A stretch of 64,000 nucleotides of DNA from the human T2T-CHM13v2.0 reference genome, Homo sapiens. The position numbers and the translations under genes are program-made. Of the stretch, positions 1 to 12,665 are shown in pieces. The notes beneath the pieces are model-generated. The model searched no databases, had not been told where the DNA came from, and saw only the letters and a program-made list of their open reading frames with translations. The number at the start of each line of letters is the position of its first letter. Within the stretch, counting starts at the first letter, position 1. The stretch lies in NCBI RefSeq assembly GCF_009914755.1, contig NC_060934.1. One strand, 5' to 3'.

Positions 1-9
1 AGGGTGGCT

Positions 10-390
10 TAAAAATATATCTAGAAATTCACAGGACATTGAATAGCCAAGCAATTTTCAAAGAGAAAAAGAGTTGAAAACCCCACAATAGCTGATTTTA
101 AGACTGTATAAAGGATATTGTAGACAAGTATGGGGTGGTATTGGCATTAGGAGAGATAAAATCATGAAAGGAACACAACAGAGTCCAGAAATAGATATAC
201 ACATAAATGATCAATGACTTTTTACAAAAGCTCTAAGACAATTCAGGGAAGAAAGGAAAATCATTTTAACAAATGGACTGGAATAACTGGATAAGCATAT
301 GGAAAAAAATTAACCTGAGGCCCTACCTTACACCACACCAAAAAGTAATTTGAGATAGATTTGAGGCCTAATGGATAAAGCTGTTAACTC
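10..390 (+). mobile_element. Old L1 (L1M-type) ORF2 3' fragment
   Basis: Degenerate L1 ORF2 motifs (gaatagccaagcaattttc, gtggtattggc, gagtccagaaataga, aacaaatgg..ctggaataactggata, cctaccttacacca). Confidence 0.75.
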
Positions 391-439
391 ATAAAGAGAA
401 GGAGATGTGAATGAAGGAGAGGAATTGTAACAGAGTCAT

Positions 440-545
440 GAGGATTTTAGAGAATGAAAGGACCCTGGAATCATTTTTTTCCACTTTGTAGATGACAAAA
501 CTGGCCCAGAGAGATAAACAATTTGTCCAACTTCACACTGGTCAT
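440..545 (-). mobile_element. MIR SINE fragment
   Basis: ccactttgtagatgacaaaactggcccagagag matches the antisense MIR core. Confidence 0.6.
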
Positions 546-929
546 GTATTTTGTTTTACATCAGTATTCTCATTTTATTTCTTCCTACATTTGAGGATTT
601 TTCCAGAAAGCTAATCTTAATAGTGCCAGAGTAGCCTAACTGTATACCAAATCCAACTGTGAGAGTTTATTGACTGCATTCAAATCTAAGGCTGCCACAC
701 ATCAATCAAAATAGAGAGTTAGGCAAATTAAAACTGCTGGTTTGATATATGGAAAAAAGCAGCTGAGAATGGGAGAGATGGTGCTCCATATCTGATTCAT
801 GACACATGATCTATCAATTAAAGAACCATTTAACAAATCATCTCCTACATTTCAGGGAGTTCCAGATATTCAACAAATGGTAAAACATTATTTCAATCCA
901 GAATCTGCAGACATATTTTTAAAGTTACT

Positions 930-1160
930 TGGTGATATTAATAACTTTATGCAAAACACTTTATATATATGAATTAATTTAATCCTTATAAAAATCTGGC
1001 TGTTATGAATCTTTTTTTTTCCATTTTACAGGCCAGAAAACTGAGGTACAAAAAGGTTATTTTATCCATGCTTACAGGACTATTAGGCAGTGGGGTCAGG
1101 ATTCAAAATCAGGTCTTCTTGATTTCAGAACTCAAATTATTATCCTTTCTACAGTACTGT
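930..1160 (-). mobile_element. MIR SINE
   Basis: ccattttacaggccagaaaactgaggtac...ggattcaaaatcaggtct, antisense MIR core. Confidence 0.75.
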
Positions 1161-1266
1161 CATATTATTACTACTAGTAGTACTACAACTACTACAAATG
1201 GACACTAGTTATTGAATTCCACTTATACTGGGTATACTAAACTATACATTATAGAGTATATATATT

Positions 1267-1996
1267 TGGTTATCCCTTGGTATCTGCTGGGGATTGGTTC
1301 TAGAATCTCCTGCAAATACCAAACACCATTGGATGCTTGTATTTGTCCATTTCACACTGCTGTAAAAATACTACCTGAGACTGGATAATTCATTTAAAAA
1401 GAAGGTTTAATTGACTCACAGTTCTGCATTGATGGAGAGGCCTCAGGAGATTTAAAATCATGGTGGAAGGTGAAGGGAAAGCAAGGCACATCTTACCTGG
1501 CGGCAGGAGAGAGAGAGAAGGCAAAAGGGGGAACTGTCGAACACTTTTAAAACCATCAGCTCTCCTGAGAACTCACTCACTATCACAAGAACAGCATGGA
1601 GGAGCCATCCCTATGATCCAGTCACCTCCCCACCAGGACCCTCCCCGGACATGTAGGGATTACAATTTGAGATGAGATTTGGGTGGGGACGTAGAGCCAA
1701 ACCATTATCAATGCTTAAGTCCCTGATATAAAATGACGTAATATTAGCATAAAACCTACACACATCTTCTCATATTCTTTAAATCCTCTCTAGATTACTT
1801 ATAATATCTAATACAATGTAAATGCTGTGTAAATAGTTGTTATGCTGTATTGTTTAGGGAATATGACAAGAAAAACAGTGCACATGTTCAGCACAGATGA
1901 ATTTTTTAAAAATATTTTCTATCCACAGTTGTCTGCAGTTAGAAAGCATTAAAAAAATCCACAAATGCGGAACCCTCAACTATGGAGTGCCAACTG
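1267..1996. mobile_element. MER2 (TcMar-Tigger MITE), split by an MST LTR
   Basis: tcccttggtatctgctggggattggttc ... aagtccctgatataaaatg ... gcggaaccc..tatggagtgccaactg match both ends of MER2. Confidence 0.8.
1338..1710 (-). mobile_element. MSTA-type MaLR solo LTR
   Basis: TG...CA termini, gtttaattgactcacagttc and gagatttgggtggggac motifs; 5-bp TSD atgct at 1333-1337 and 1711-1715. Confidence 0.9.
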
Positions 1997-1997
1997 A

Positions 1998-2312
1998 ATG
2001 TATATCTATATATTGATATAGCTATCATATTGATTATCTATCCATAATATATATTTTAATATATGTTATAAATATCACATATTATAGCTATAACATATTA
2101 TATCAGATATATTAATATATCATATAACATTACATACAACATATGTTATAGATATTATATATTGTGATTATAATGTATAAAAACTAGATCAATAGATGCA
2201 ATAGATATATGATAGATAAATGACAGCTATCTAATATATAGATCTATGTGACATAGATCTACATCAGATATAGATATATAGATATATAGATAAATATCTC
2301 ATATATATATCT
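1998..2312. repeat. AT-rich low-complexity / (TA)n-(GATATA)n tract
   Basis: Seen directly in sequence. Confidence 0.8.
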
Positions 2313-2404
2313 TAATTGCCTAACATCTCTGTTCTCTGTAGAAGAGGTTTACTGTTCCCACAAAGATGAAACTAAGATTCAGATAAGTTCATATATCTTT
2401 GTAT

Positions 2405-2812
2405 TGTGAAGTGAAATAAGCCAGGCACAAAAAGACAAATATTTCATGATCTCACTTATACGTGAAATCAAAGTTGAGCTCATCCAAGTAAAGAGTAGTT
2501 ATCAGAGGCTGGGTGGGAGGAGGGAATGGGGAATAGGAAGATGTTATTTGGAGGGTACAAAGTTTCAGTTAGGAGGAATACGTATTAGACTTCTATTGCA
2601 TAGCCTGGTGAGTATAGTTAATAATAATGTATTGTATATTTCAAAATTGCTTAAAGAGATTTTAAATCTCTCACCACCAAAAACAATAAGTGCATGAGGT
2701 AATAAATATGTTAATTAGTTTAGCTTCATCATCCCACAATGTAAATATATATCAAAAGGTCACACTGTACCCCATAAATATACATAATTATTTATCAATT
2801 AAAAATAAAAAA
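2405..2812 (+). mobile_element. L1MA-type 3' end, inserted into a MIR remnant (~2335-2390 and ~2820-2915)
   Basis: aagtgaaataagccaggcacaaaaagacaaat ... gggtacaaagtttcagttag ... cactgtaccccataaatatatac plus A-rich tail. Confidence 0.85.
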
Positions 2813-3454
2813 TCATAGAAGGTGAGATATTTACCCATAGTCAAGTAGCCAGTGAATGATATACCTAATACTTGAACCTAGATATATTTAGAGCCAAATT
2901 TAATGGTTCAGCCATTGCAACGACAGTCTTCCTGATATTTGAATCTACCATCTTTTATGGCACTGAATACAGTGCTTGATGAAACCTGAACAACTGAGGA
3001 AAACCAGATCAAGGCGCAATTTCCTGGATTTTAGAAGAAAACACTCCAGTACAGCCATCTGGCTTTCAAGATTGAACTTTCTCTGGGAAATGAGTACAAC
3101 CATTCCCATCACCTGTACAATGCCAGGCACACAGGCATGATTGAAAACACTCATCTAATGCGAGGTGACAATACATTTATGTATATATGGTAGTCTAAGG
3201 AGTTGAGATTTCCAAATGGCTCACTCTATTTAGTTTTATCTAGAAATTTAGCATACTAAAGTAAATGAATGCAGCCTGCCTGGCTATCAAACCAATATCT
3301 TAATTCCAAAGCACCCAAATGTGTGTTATTTTTCTTTCTTTTTAATACAGGTCAGTGGTTCCAATTATGTCACTGATAAAGTCAAAGCCTTTTAAAATTA
3401 ATGTTTCACATGCCCTCAGAAATTCAGTTTTTATTTTAATTTAAAACAGAAGTG

Positions 3455-3717
3455 TTTTTTTTAAAATCATACTTTAAATTCTTGGATACATGTGCAAGAA
3501 CGTGCAGGTTTGTTACATAGGTATACACGTGCCATGGTGGTTTGCTGCACCCATCAACTCGTCATCTACATTAGGTATTTCTCCTAATGCTGTCCCTCCC
3601 CTAGTCCCCACCCCCAACAAGCCCCAGTGTGTAATGTTCCCCTCCCTGTGTCCGTGTGTTCTCATTGTTCAACTCCCACCTATGAGTGGGAACATTCGGT
3701 GTTTGCTTTTTTGTTCC
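3455..3717 (-). mobile_element. 5'-truncated L1PA (PA7/8-like) 3' end
   Basis: acatgtgcaagaacgtgcaggtttgttacatagg...ctcattgttcaactcccacctatgagtg; TSD core aaaacagaa at 3443 and 3718. Confidence 0.9.
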
Positions 3718-4589
3718 AAAACAGAAATTTCTGTCTCTCTCCGTCTCCTTTTTTTCAGGGAGTTTCCTATTTGAAAGCAGTCAAGTCTATGTTATCATTA
3801 TACTGAAAGTTTCTGAATGATTTTGAAAAAGATCAAAGTCCTTTGTTAATTGCTAAATATAAGATATTTAATCATTTCATTGTGATTTATTGGGTGAAAA
3901 TATAACGTGACAGCCTTCTACAAAATTAATGTAATGGTAATAAGTGAATAAAGTAGCAAAATATAATAAGATTTTCAAATGTTAAATCAACATAGATTGT
4001 GGAGAAGTTTGTTAAATTCAGTAACTTACTTCTTTCTCTTTCTTGAGAATGTGAAATTTGTTCAGTTGACCCTGAGAAGAAAAATTGTGCTAATACAGAC
4101 CTCTTGGTTGGCTCAAATACATCAAAACAGAAAGAGGATGCTATTTTGCTCTTCACAAAATCAAGAACTATTTTGTCAAACAACAAGAAGTTATTTGACT
4201 AGTTCTTTCCCTCCTACTGTCAGTAGTCAGGTAACAGTCAGCTGGGAATGTTTTACACGTCCTCTTCTTTCTTGTATTTTTAGTTTTGATATTTGAATCT
4301 ATATAACTGAAAGCACACTCACCACAGTGTGCTAAATCCCAAGTGGATTTCCACGTTTCTTCACCAAAAACTTTATGAAAGCTAAGACTAATGTCTTTAA
4401 AATGGATTTTTGAATCACCTAGTCTTATATTTTGACAGGGCTATAGTTATATTATGACTTCAGTGGGCAATGGTTATCTCTCAGTATTTCTCCATTGTAT
4501 TGATCTTGAAGCAGTGAGGACACAAGGAAAGAGTCATTCATAAATAAACTTGCTGTACATTTCCTATAGCCTTGCCTCCCTGGTTTGGA

Positions 4590-4755
4590 GACTCTAAGGT
4601 CTTCAGTCTTCACCTCCATGCTCCTTATGGTGATAATAAAAATATTTATCTCAGAGGGTGGCTTCAAGGATTAAATAAGATAAAGTATAGGAAACACTTA
4701 GATTAATAACTGAAACTTATTAAATACCCAGTAAATGTAAGGTATTACTACTAAT
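4590..4755 (+). mobile_element. MIR SINE fragment
   Basis: tatctcagagggtggcttcaaggattaaataagataaagtataggaaacactta resembles the MIR 3' half. Confidence 0.6.
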
Positions 4756-5167
4756 AATATTTTAAATAATGTCTTTTGTATTATACCGTTATTACAATTT
4801 ACTACATACTTTCACATCTATTATTCCAAGCACTTCATGTTGAAGAAAAAAGTTGTTTTCTCCTGGGATTATTTAATTGGTTCAGATTCAAATGTAGAAA
4901 AATGAGGTAAATACTATAAAGTATTAATTAATGAAAATCTAAAAATCCTAGCATTCTAATTTTATTGGCATTCTCTGCTCTCAACTTGTAGAAGAAAGAA
5001 AAAATATGAGAAAATATGCTTATATCAAGTACTTATTTTTTAAAAAGTTCGTTTTAGAGAAAGGTAGGAATGAGATATTTTTTCAATGCTGCTCTGTTTC
5101 ACATCATCATTCAAAACACTAGTCAACGCAAATCATTGATTACAACCAATATTGGAAAATTAACCCA

Positions 5168-5250
5168 TTAAATCACTTATTTACCCATCACTCTTAAATG
5201 CCTACTATGTGCCCCCACACTTGAGGGTCCTAAAATCAGAGACACATACA
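5168..5250 (-). mobile_element. L2 3' end fragment
   Basis: ttaaatgcctactatgtgcc, antisense L2 tail motif. Confidence 0.5.
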
Positions 5251-5689
5251 ATTACATTTATTTTATTCAACTTATTTTAAGTTAGTTAGAAATAAGTAGT
5301 AGTGCATTTTTAGGGGTTTCAACAACAAAGGCTTATCTAAGAGTATTTTAAAGATGAATTTATTTAATGGAAAATAAAATTAAGAATTATCCCATTCTAT
5401 AAAAATTCTAATTGAGGTTTTATTATAAATAGAATACAGAATAGCTTTTCCATTAAGTGCAAATAGTTTAGATTTTTCTAGAACAATTTTATGTAAATGA
5501 AGTTTTTTTTTTTAGTACTGTAGACTCATTTAATGAGGCCATAGTTACTTGGAATAACAGCAGAGCACTTAACAAACAAACATTGAGATGGGGGAACAGT
5601 AATCTCCATAAATTTGTGACAGTGAAGTTTTTACAGACTGCTTTGCATTAATTTTTAAAATAGCCATACTGATATTTATAAATTTGAAT

Positions 5690-5850
5690 GCATCATACCT
5701 TTCAATGCAATCACCTTGAAAAACACTAACTTAATTTCAATGATATGGATATCACTCCAAATAATATTTTAAAATCTTTCAAAAAATTGGGCATTGTGCA
5801 TTTTTAAAAAATCTCATTGGCAGCAAATTTTTACTCTTTGAGCCTGAAGT
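5690..5850. mobile_element. MARNA-like mariner relic
   Basis: aatcaccttgaaaaacactaacttaatttcaatgat and ggcagcaaatttttactctttgag resemble the recalled MARNA consensus. Confidence 0.4.
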
Positions 5851-6144
5851 AATCTCCAACTAGCACTTTAAACTAGTAAATAACTAATATATATGCTGTC
5901 ATCCTTGAGGAATGATTCAAAGTTCTTTACATAAATATATGGAGTAATATAAATATTCACCTCTTTTCTCCTGTATTCTAAGATAGTTTTACATTTAATA
6001 TTTAATTCTCTGTGATTTATTTTGATGTATGATGCATGACAAGGCTACATCCTGTTCTCCCTAAATTGTTATTTTCTCCTGCCAGAGAGTTTATTGAATG
6101 AGTTATCCTTTTCCTTATTGGTTAAAAATATTATCTAAAATACT

Positions 6145-6603
6145 TTGGGAAGAAACTGCCCAGTTCGTGACGGTCACATTACTCTGAAAACTGCCGGCAC
6201 CCCCAACTCCCAAGCCATAGAGGGGGATCACTGTGCCCTGATAGCCTGGACTGATCATATTTCTCCTAGGGATTTGGAACAGGGACTGAGAGTTAGGTGG
6301 TCCTTGTGCCTGGAACTGAGAACATCTAAATGGAAACTGAGGTTACTACATGCATGGAGGGTCAGATCTGCAAAGGGAAAAGAAGAAAGCAGATGTGCAC
6401 AGAAAGACAGTGATAAGAAGCTCAGAGCATAGAGACAGAGTGAGAATGACTCAGAAAATTCTTGACACTTCCTGATTCCAGCCACTGTGAAGTCTCTGTT
6501 TTTGGATGCAGGAGAGTGGCCTTACGGTAAAATTTCACTTTCTTATTCATGTTAACTAGAATTAAGTTTCCTTTGTTTGAATTTAAGAAGCACGTTGACT
6601 AAG
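6145..6603 (+). mobile_element. Ancient ERVL/MaLR LTR (LTR33/LTR41-like)
   Basis: cctgattccagcc, and terminal ttaactagaattaagtttcc...ttgactaa typical of ERVL LTR 3' ends. Confidence 0.5.
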
Positions 6604-7040
6604 TGTACTGGGTTGAATTGTGTTCTCCCCAAATTTATGTTCACCTGGAACCTGTGAATATGATCATTTTTGAAAATAGAGTCTTTGCAGATATAATCAA
6701 GTTGAAAAGAAGTCATACTGCATTACAGTGGGCCCTAACCCAATGACTAGTGTCCTTATAAGAAGAGGGAAATTTGGGCACAGACACAGGGAGAATGCCA
6801 TCCGCTATGGAGGCAGACATTGGAATGACACATTTACAAGCCAGTGATCCCCAAGGATTGCTGATAACTACCAGAAGCTAGGAAGAGGCAAAGATGTATC
6901 CTTCCCTAGAGCTTCCAGAGAAAAAATGGCCCTAATGATACCTTGATTTTTAATTTCTGACCTCCAGAACTGTGAAACAACAAATTTTTGTTGTTTTAGC
7001 CACCCAGTTTATATTAGTTTATTTGTGGAAACCAATATAC
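6604..7040 (+). mobile_element. MLT1C-type MaLR LTR
   Basis: tgtactgggttgaattgtg..cccaaatt, gtctttgcagatataatcaagtt, cctccagaactgtga motifs. Confidence 0.85.
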
Positions 7041-8199
7041 TAATAAAGTATTTTTAAAACACGCTAGACTCTAGTTTTTAGTTTTGTTTAATTGGTATGT
7101 CTGTATATTCCTACAAGAACATTACATTGCTTTGTTTTTGCTTTTTAGTATATTAATATATGGATTGGCAGTTCTTTTATTATTTCTCTTCAATATTTTC
7201 TTGACTATTATTATTCTACAATGACACTGGGCTCTCTTGACAAAGTCCAGGAGACTTAAAAAATATTTTGTTTAATGAGTTTTTGTTTAGCTTTTTACTG
7301 TTAATTTATCAAACTATTTCATTTTGATCAGAAAGAATGATGCCTACAATTCCTACTTTGGGGAATTTATTAAGGTTTATTTCTGGCCTGGTATTTTGAT
7401 AATATTGGCATGTTTTTGTGCATGTGAGAGGAGGGTTTATCTTCTCTTGAAAAACAAAAAGTAAAATCATTGCTGTTAAGCACATGATTTATTTAAATCC
7501 TACTTTGTACCCTTATTTCTTATTTCCTCAGTCTATCGAAAACAGTGAGGTGGGTACATATTTCCCAATATGACTAAAATTTTGTTAAATAATCTTTACA
7601 TTTTGGTTTATGTATTTAGATGTCATGTTATTGAGTGCATTATATTTACAGCATTCATTTTAGAGTGTACTTTTCATCACTATAAGATATTTAGCTTTCC
7701 ATTATTGAAGTGTCCTTGACTTGAATTCTACTTTATTTTCTATTAGTATCATCAGCCTCTTTTTCTTTAGAATTTGTGTAACTTTCCCCAATATTTTATA
7801 TAGCTTTTTCTATTTTTTATTGTTTTTAATCACCAAATAAATGCAACCTTCAAAAATTTCAAACAACTTGCAAGTATGTAGGGAAAAATCTGAAGATTCT
7901 CACTGTATCAATCACCCACTGCAACTTCTATTCCAATGTTAATCACTTCTACCCAAATAATTAATATCAACAATCTTGTGGGTTTCTTTTCATATAACTT
8001 TTTATTTATTTGTCACTATATGTTTATTTACTACTTTATCCAGATACTTGTAAAATAAAAATAAAGTTAATAAATGATTTATATATAAAATACAGATTTG
8101 CAAGTGTGTATTATAAATAATAAACACATATATATGAGCTCTTACATACGTTTAGTCATACTGCTCCCACTTACATATGTGTGAAGGAACTAAAGGCAG

Positions 8200-9010
8200 G
8201 CCAAGGAAAAAGGACTCTGCCCACCAAAAACCACCCTGAAAGCTATATAAAATATAGAAATCATCTCTTAGAATACAGAGGAGACACTCTCAGACATTTA
8301 GACTAGAGGACCTAAGTTTTTAGAGTGGGGAACCCCCTAGGAGATGAGCCCACCTCTGTGGCTTTTATTCTTTGGACATTTGTTAATTCTGGGCATTAGG
8401 CAGGAGCTGAAACTGTGAACTTTTCACCTACAAGGAGAAACTACTGGAAAACAGAGAACAAGCAAAGTTTTTGCATAGACTTGCTGGGAATCTCAAGCAT
8501 ATCACCAGTTTGTATGTGTGGACTTGTGGTGGGCAGGGGAGGGTTTTCAAGTACATGGCTAATTTTTCTTTCAGGATACTTGCTAAATGTGGAATGAGCA
8601 TTTCCAGGGTTCCATCTCAACCTTGACTCAGCACCATCCCTGATTGGGTTAAAGTGACTTGACATCACTGTATTGATCTAGCAGGAGACTGAATATTTTC
8701 TGAAGGAAGATATCGCCTGAAATTACTAAATATTTTTAATATAGAATATGCAACATTCAAAATAATCCAAACACATGCCAGAAAGCAAGGACACATGATT
8801 AAAACCAAGAAAAAACATAAACAATAGAAACAGATCCATAGATAATGCAGTTATTAGAGTCAGCTAAAAAAAAGTTTAAATTACCATAATTAATACATTC
8901 AAGAAAATAGAGGGAATGATAAAGGAAAACAGATAAAAAGATGGTAAGTTTTATCAGAGAATTAGTAATTCAAATGAAGATTTCAAATGAATATTCCAGA
9001 AATTTAAAAA
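8200..9010 (+). mobile_element. Old L1 (L1ME-type) 5'UTR/ORF1 fragment
   Basis: aacaatagaaacagatccatagataatgcagttattagag...ataattaatacattcaagaaaatagagg, typical of old L1 ORF1 start. Confidence 0.6.
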
Positions 9011-9089
9011 TGAATGGTACTAAATAATTTTTCTGAAATTGTTTTTCCATTCATTAATTTCTTACAGACATACTTTACTGGTAATAAAT

Positions 9090-9372
9090 ATAGTTCAGCA
9101 CTTCTTTCCATCTAGCTTTTGTCAACAAGATCACTCCATGGAAGTATATACAAGTATCACTTGCTCCTTTTTATGGCTGCATATCATATGGATATACTAT
9201 ATGTGATTTATCCAGTCCCTTATTGAGGGATATTTGAGTTGTTTATGATTTTTTTGTTATTGTAAATAGTGATGCAATTAGTAGCTGTGTGATGTGAAAA
9301 GGTATACTATTTTCAACAGTATACCTTTAGGTTAGATCCCACAGTGTGAAACTCTTAAGTCAAAGGATGAAT
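9090..9372 (-). mobile_element. L1ME 3' region fragment
   Basis: tttttatggctgcata...ccagtcccttattgagggatatttgagttgttt. Confidence 0.7.
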
Positions 9373-9989
9373 AATGTCTCATTATTTTGTGGTCACATTT
9401 TTTTTGTATACCCAGAAAAAAACTATTATCTATATTATCTGCTATTAAACTAAGTTAACACCTATTATTAAGATCAGTGAATTTCCTACTGATTCTTATT
9501 TGATACCACTCAACCAGAAATCTGGTGAGAAATAAAGAGTGGTAAGATTTTGCTGTTTTTCCAGGTACTTTCCAAATGCCATATGAAGTTCCCAGTGATT
9601 CTTTTATTCTATAAATATTTATTGAATCTTATGTGGCATAGGATAGATTCATTTTCAACTAGCTGTTTAGATGTTTGATATGGTTCTCTCAACCTGATTC
9701 TCCATGATACAGCTTAGAAAACAGAGAGAATTTTAAAATACATCTTCAGAAAATGCACATTTATAAAAGTTAAATTAAATAAAGTAAAATGGCAAGGTCT
9801 GGGCAAAATCTGATATTTTAGCAAGAAGAAGTTCCATATCTTGAAAGAAAACTATTCCTTCAGATAGCAAAATACAATCACTTTTCATGGACATATTTCA
9901 GGAAATAATATCTTTAGTTGGAGATGGTTCAGAAATTAGGACAGTTCTTTATGAACAGTTTTCAATCAACTCAGAAAAGACAGGCAGAA

Positions 9990-10150
9990 AGATGTAGGAG
10001 TCAAAAAGCAGGCTTTGGAACTCCAAAGACAAAGTTTGAACTCTGCATTCATCATTTTCTACTGTGCCCTTGGATAAGCCTCTAAGCCTCTCAATTTCCT
10101 TACCTGTACAACAAGAGTGAAGCTATATTCACTCCAGAGCTGTAGAGCAG
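9990..10150 (+). mobile_element. MIR SINE
   Basis: aagcaggctttggaac..agtttgaactctg...ctcaatttccttacctgtacaa. Confidence 0.7.
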
Positions 10151-10808
10151 TGGCTGAAGCCTGGTTCTTGAGGCTCCAGTATTTCTCACCAATGGCAACA
10201 AATGTTAAAAACCACAAATGTTCGAAACAACAAATGTTGCCATTGGTGAGAAATGCTGGAGCCTCAAGAATCATGCTTTTTCCCTCCCTGCCAAGTCAAC
10301 AATCACACACCCACTAACCACTGCATTCTTAGAACTTCAGCAAGTGCATTGCCACTGTGATACTTGAATTTCATATTTTATGAATAAGACTTTTCCAATA
10401 CTTAGTCCCTTGCTGTATCAGGTAATTGGTAGAGCTTTAACAGCGTTTCTTTCCTCTGCAGGTGAACCAGTGTCTATTTGTATCAATGGAGATTTTATTC
10501 ATAAGCACCTCATCCTGTATCAGTAGGTCTTATAATAACTATGCATGCATGCCCAGCTATATGAAGAGGCTGTGACCTGAATGTATGACATATCTTCAAA
10601 CTAATGTAGGGCATCATTGTGAGTTACCAGTCACTTGAAGGTCCAGTTACATAACATCTCTTTTAACCTCCTATGTGAATAAAACATTCTTGGCATATTA
10701 AATAAGTCATTTGTCGAGAAGGCAAAAAGGGAGCTCCTCATTGAATGGATGAAGTGACATGGTTATATTCTTCCTATTATTTTATGGTCTTGGGATTATA
10801 AGAAAAGC

Positions 10809-10835
10809 TTTTTTTTTTTTTTTTTTTTTTTTTTT
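10809..10835. repeat. (T)27 homopolymer
   Basis: Seen directly in sequence. Confidence 0.95.
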
Positions 10836-11146
10836 AACTGACCAAAACGCATTGTTTTACAGGGACAGGAAGCCTTAAATGCTGGTGAAACTTTATTGTT
10901 TATTCTTCCCCAGGGGACCTTGCTCTCTCATTCAGTAATTTAGGAAGCACAATCAGTTTCTTTTTGAAGTTGGCAGAAAAATAGATTGATGCTCATTAGC
11001 CAAGATTCTCAGTCCCAAGGTTAACTGAATAGCTCTCATCCCCATGGAAAGTTTGCTTGACAATTTGAAGGACAGAGCCTACCTGGGTTCTATGGCCAAG
11101 GTTTTCTCCAAACTTTTCTGGCTTCAGCTCAGATTTCAATTCCATC

Positions 11147-11534
11147 TGTAGCAGAAAGTAGTCATAATTGTCTACACAGTGTTCTCTTCTCATGGGGCAC
11201 ACAATTAGGCTACATTACTCAGGTTTCTTGTGGTTAAGTATGGCCATGTGACTGAGTTCTAGGTCATAGAGTGTGAGTAGAAGTGATAGATACCACTTCC
11301 AAGTTTGGACCAAAAACCTCCTGTGAGAGCCTCTATTCCTTCTCTTTCTCTGTCTCATGCTGAAAATCCAGAAGGTGACTTTTCGGCCTCTAGGGGATGT
11401 TGGAGGCCCAAAATGGAAGAAACCCATGTCTTTAAATGACCACATTGAATTGTCACATGAGTTGTAAATCATCTTCTCTCGTGTGAAGCCATTGAGCTTT
11501 GGGGGATGTTCCAGCTAGTAGCCTATGATGCACA
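11147..11534 (+). mobile_element. MLT1I/J-type MaLR LTR
   Basis: ggccatgtgactgagttctagg...gtagaagtgat...ccacttcc; aagccattgag. Confidence 0.75.
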
Positions 11535-11647
11535 AGAACTTCCCTCTACTCAATCCAGACTTCAAATGGAAGTAATTTGCATTCTATGATTTGACTGCAG
11601 CCATCACTATTCAGTTTTATTCCCCCACTCTCTTCAGTGATTACATT

Positions 11648-11895
11648 CATGTTTCCCAAAATGTGCTCCATGGAACCCTAATACCTAAGAATGTTAATAG
11701 ACATTACACTTGGTAACACTGGCTCAAGCAAGGATTAATTTGTTCATTTACTGTGGGACCTGTCAGGGCATTTATATTCTTTAGTGTCTAAGAGGGGACT
11801 ACTATAAGTTGTATTTTTTCAAGCGTAGTTTGTAATTACACCACTTCCCATCTTCTTTTTGTTGACATCTTATGGAGTATACTACTTTAAGATAT
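11648..11895. mobile_element. MER112-like hAT-Charlie MITE
   Basis: gtttcccaaaatgtgctccatggaac terminus; actgtgggacctgtcagggcatttat resembles the MER112 body. Confidence 0.55.
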
Positions 11896-12464
11896 TCAAT
11901 TTTACTAGAAATAAATATTCAATTTTACTAGACTAGAACCATCTGGACAATTACGTTCATATCGTAGATCTTTCTACATGAGTTTTCCTGCCTTTGCACT
12001 ACTGCATCTATATTAGTGTCATTAGCATTCATATTGTTTGCCATATGTGAAGAGGCACTTATAGGCGATTGGTTCCCAAATAGTGTGGTGGTATCTTTAA
12101 AAATCAGCAAAGACCATTTAGGTATCTTCCATGTATGGTGGGAGGATGGTGAAGGGAGGCTTCTCCACCTCTCAAAGCTAAGATACTTCTCTCTATAATT
12201 AATCAAGATTTCTGAAATTCCCTTGGTACTATTTATAGGCTCTCATGTTTTTAACCTGAATATCAGATAGCATGTTTTTGTGGAGCAGCAACAATTAACT
12301 GGCTAAGATTTTAGTTGGGATAAGTTGTGATAAATGCATTGTCATATCAGCAATCAGATTTTGGGGCAACAGGACACAGCATAGTGAAGTTTTGGTTAGA
12401 GGTAAGAGAAAGAAGAGAATAAAGAATTAAATCTATAATTACCTTATGGTGAGGTCCAGGCAGC

Positions 12465-12665
12465 TAGAGGAGCAGCAGACTATGAAACCAGATATATCCA
12501 AACCCTGTTTCATCACTTGATTATTAGGCCTTGTGTAATTTACTTTACTTCCTTAAACTTCAGTTTTCTATCTACAAAAGAAAGATAATAATAATATCTA
12601 CCTTGCAGGGTATGGAGAATTCAATGAGAAAATACATAATTAGCATCAACTATTATTATTATAGT
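12465..12665 (+). mobile_element. MIR SINE
   Basis: cttcagttttctatctacaaaagaaagataataataatatctaccttgcaggg. Confidence 0.7.

Larger units (their letters stand above)
5960..7790 (-). mobile_element. Very old L1ME/L1M5 ORF2 fragments (5960-6130, 7050-7790) interrupted by two LTRs
   Basis: T-rich antisense L1 motifs (tttattgaat..tcctttttccttattg; ttctactttggggaatttattaaggttt..tggcct). Confidence 0.55.

Noticed and set aside
3325-3760. Splice acceptor-like tracts at ~3350 and ~3758 (also ~8574)
   Set aside because: Isolated pyrimidine-AG motifs without a convincing paired donor or polyA signal; common by chance in AT-rich DNA
10809-10920. T27 run as the tail of an antisense processed pseudogene
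   Set aside because: No properly spaced polyA signal, no TSD and no recognisable retroposed body beside it
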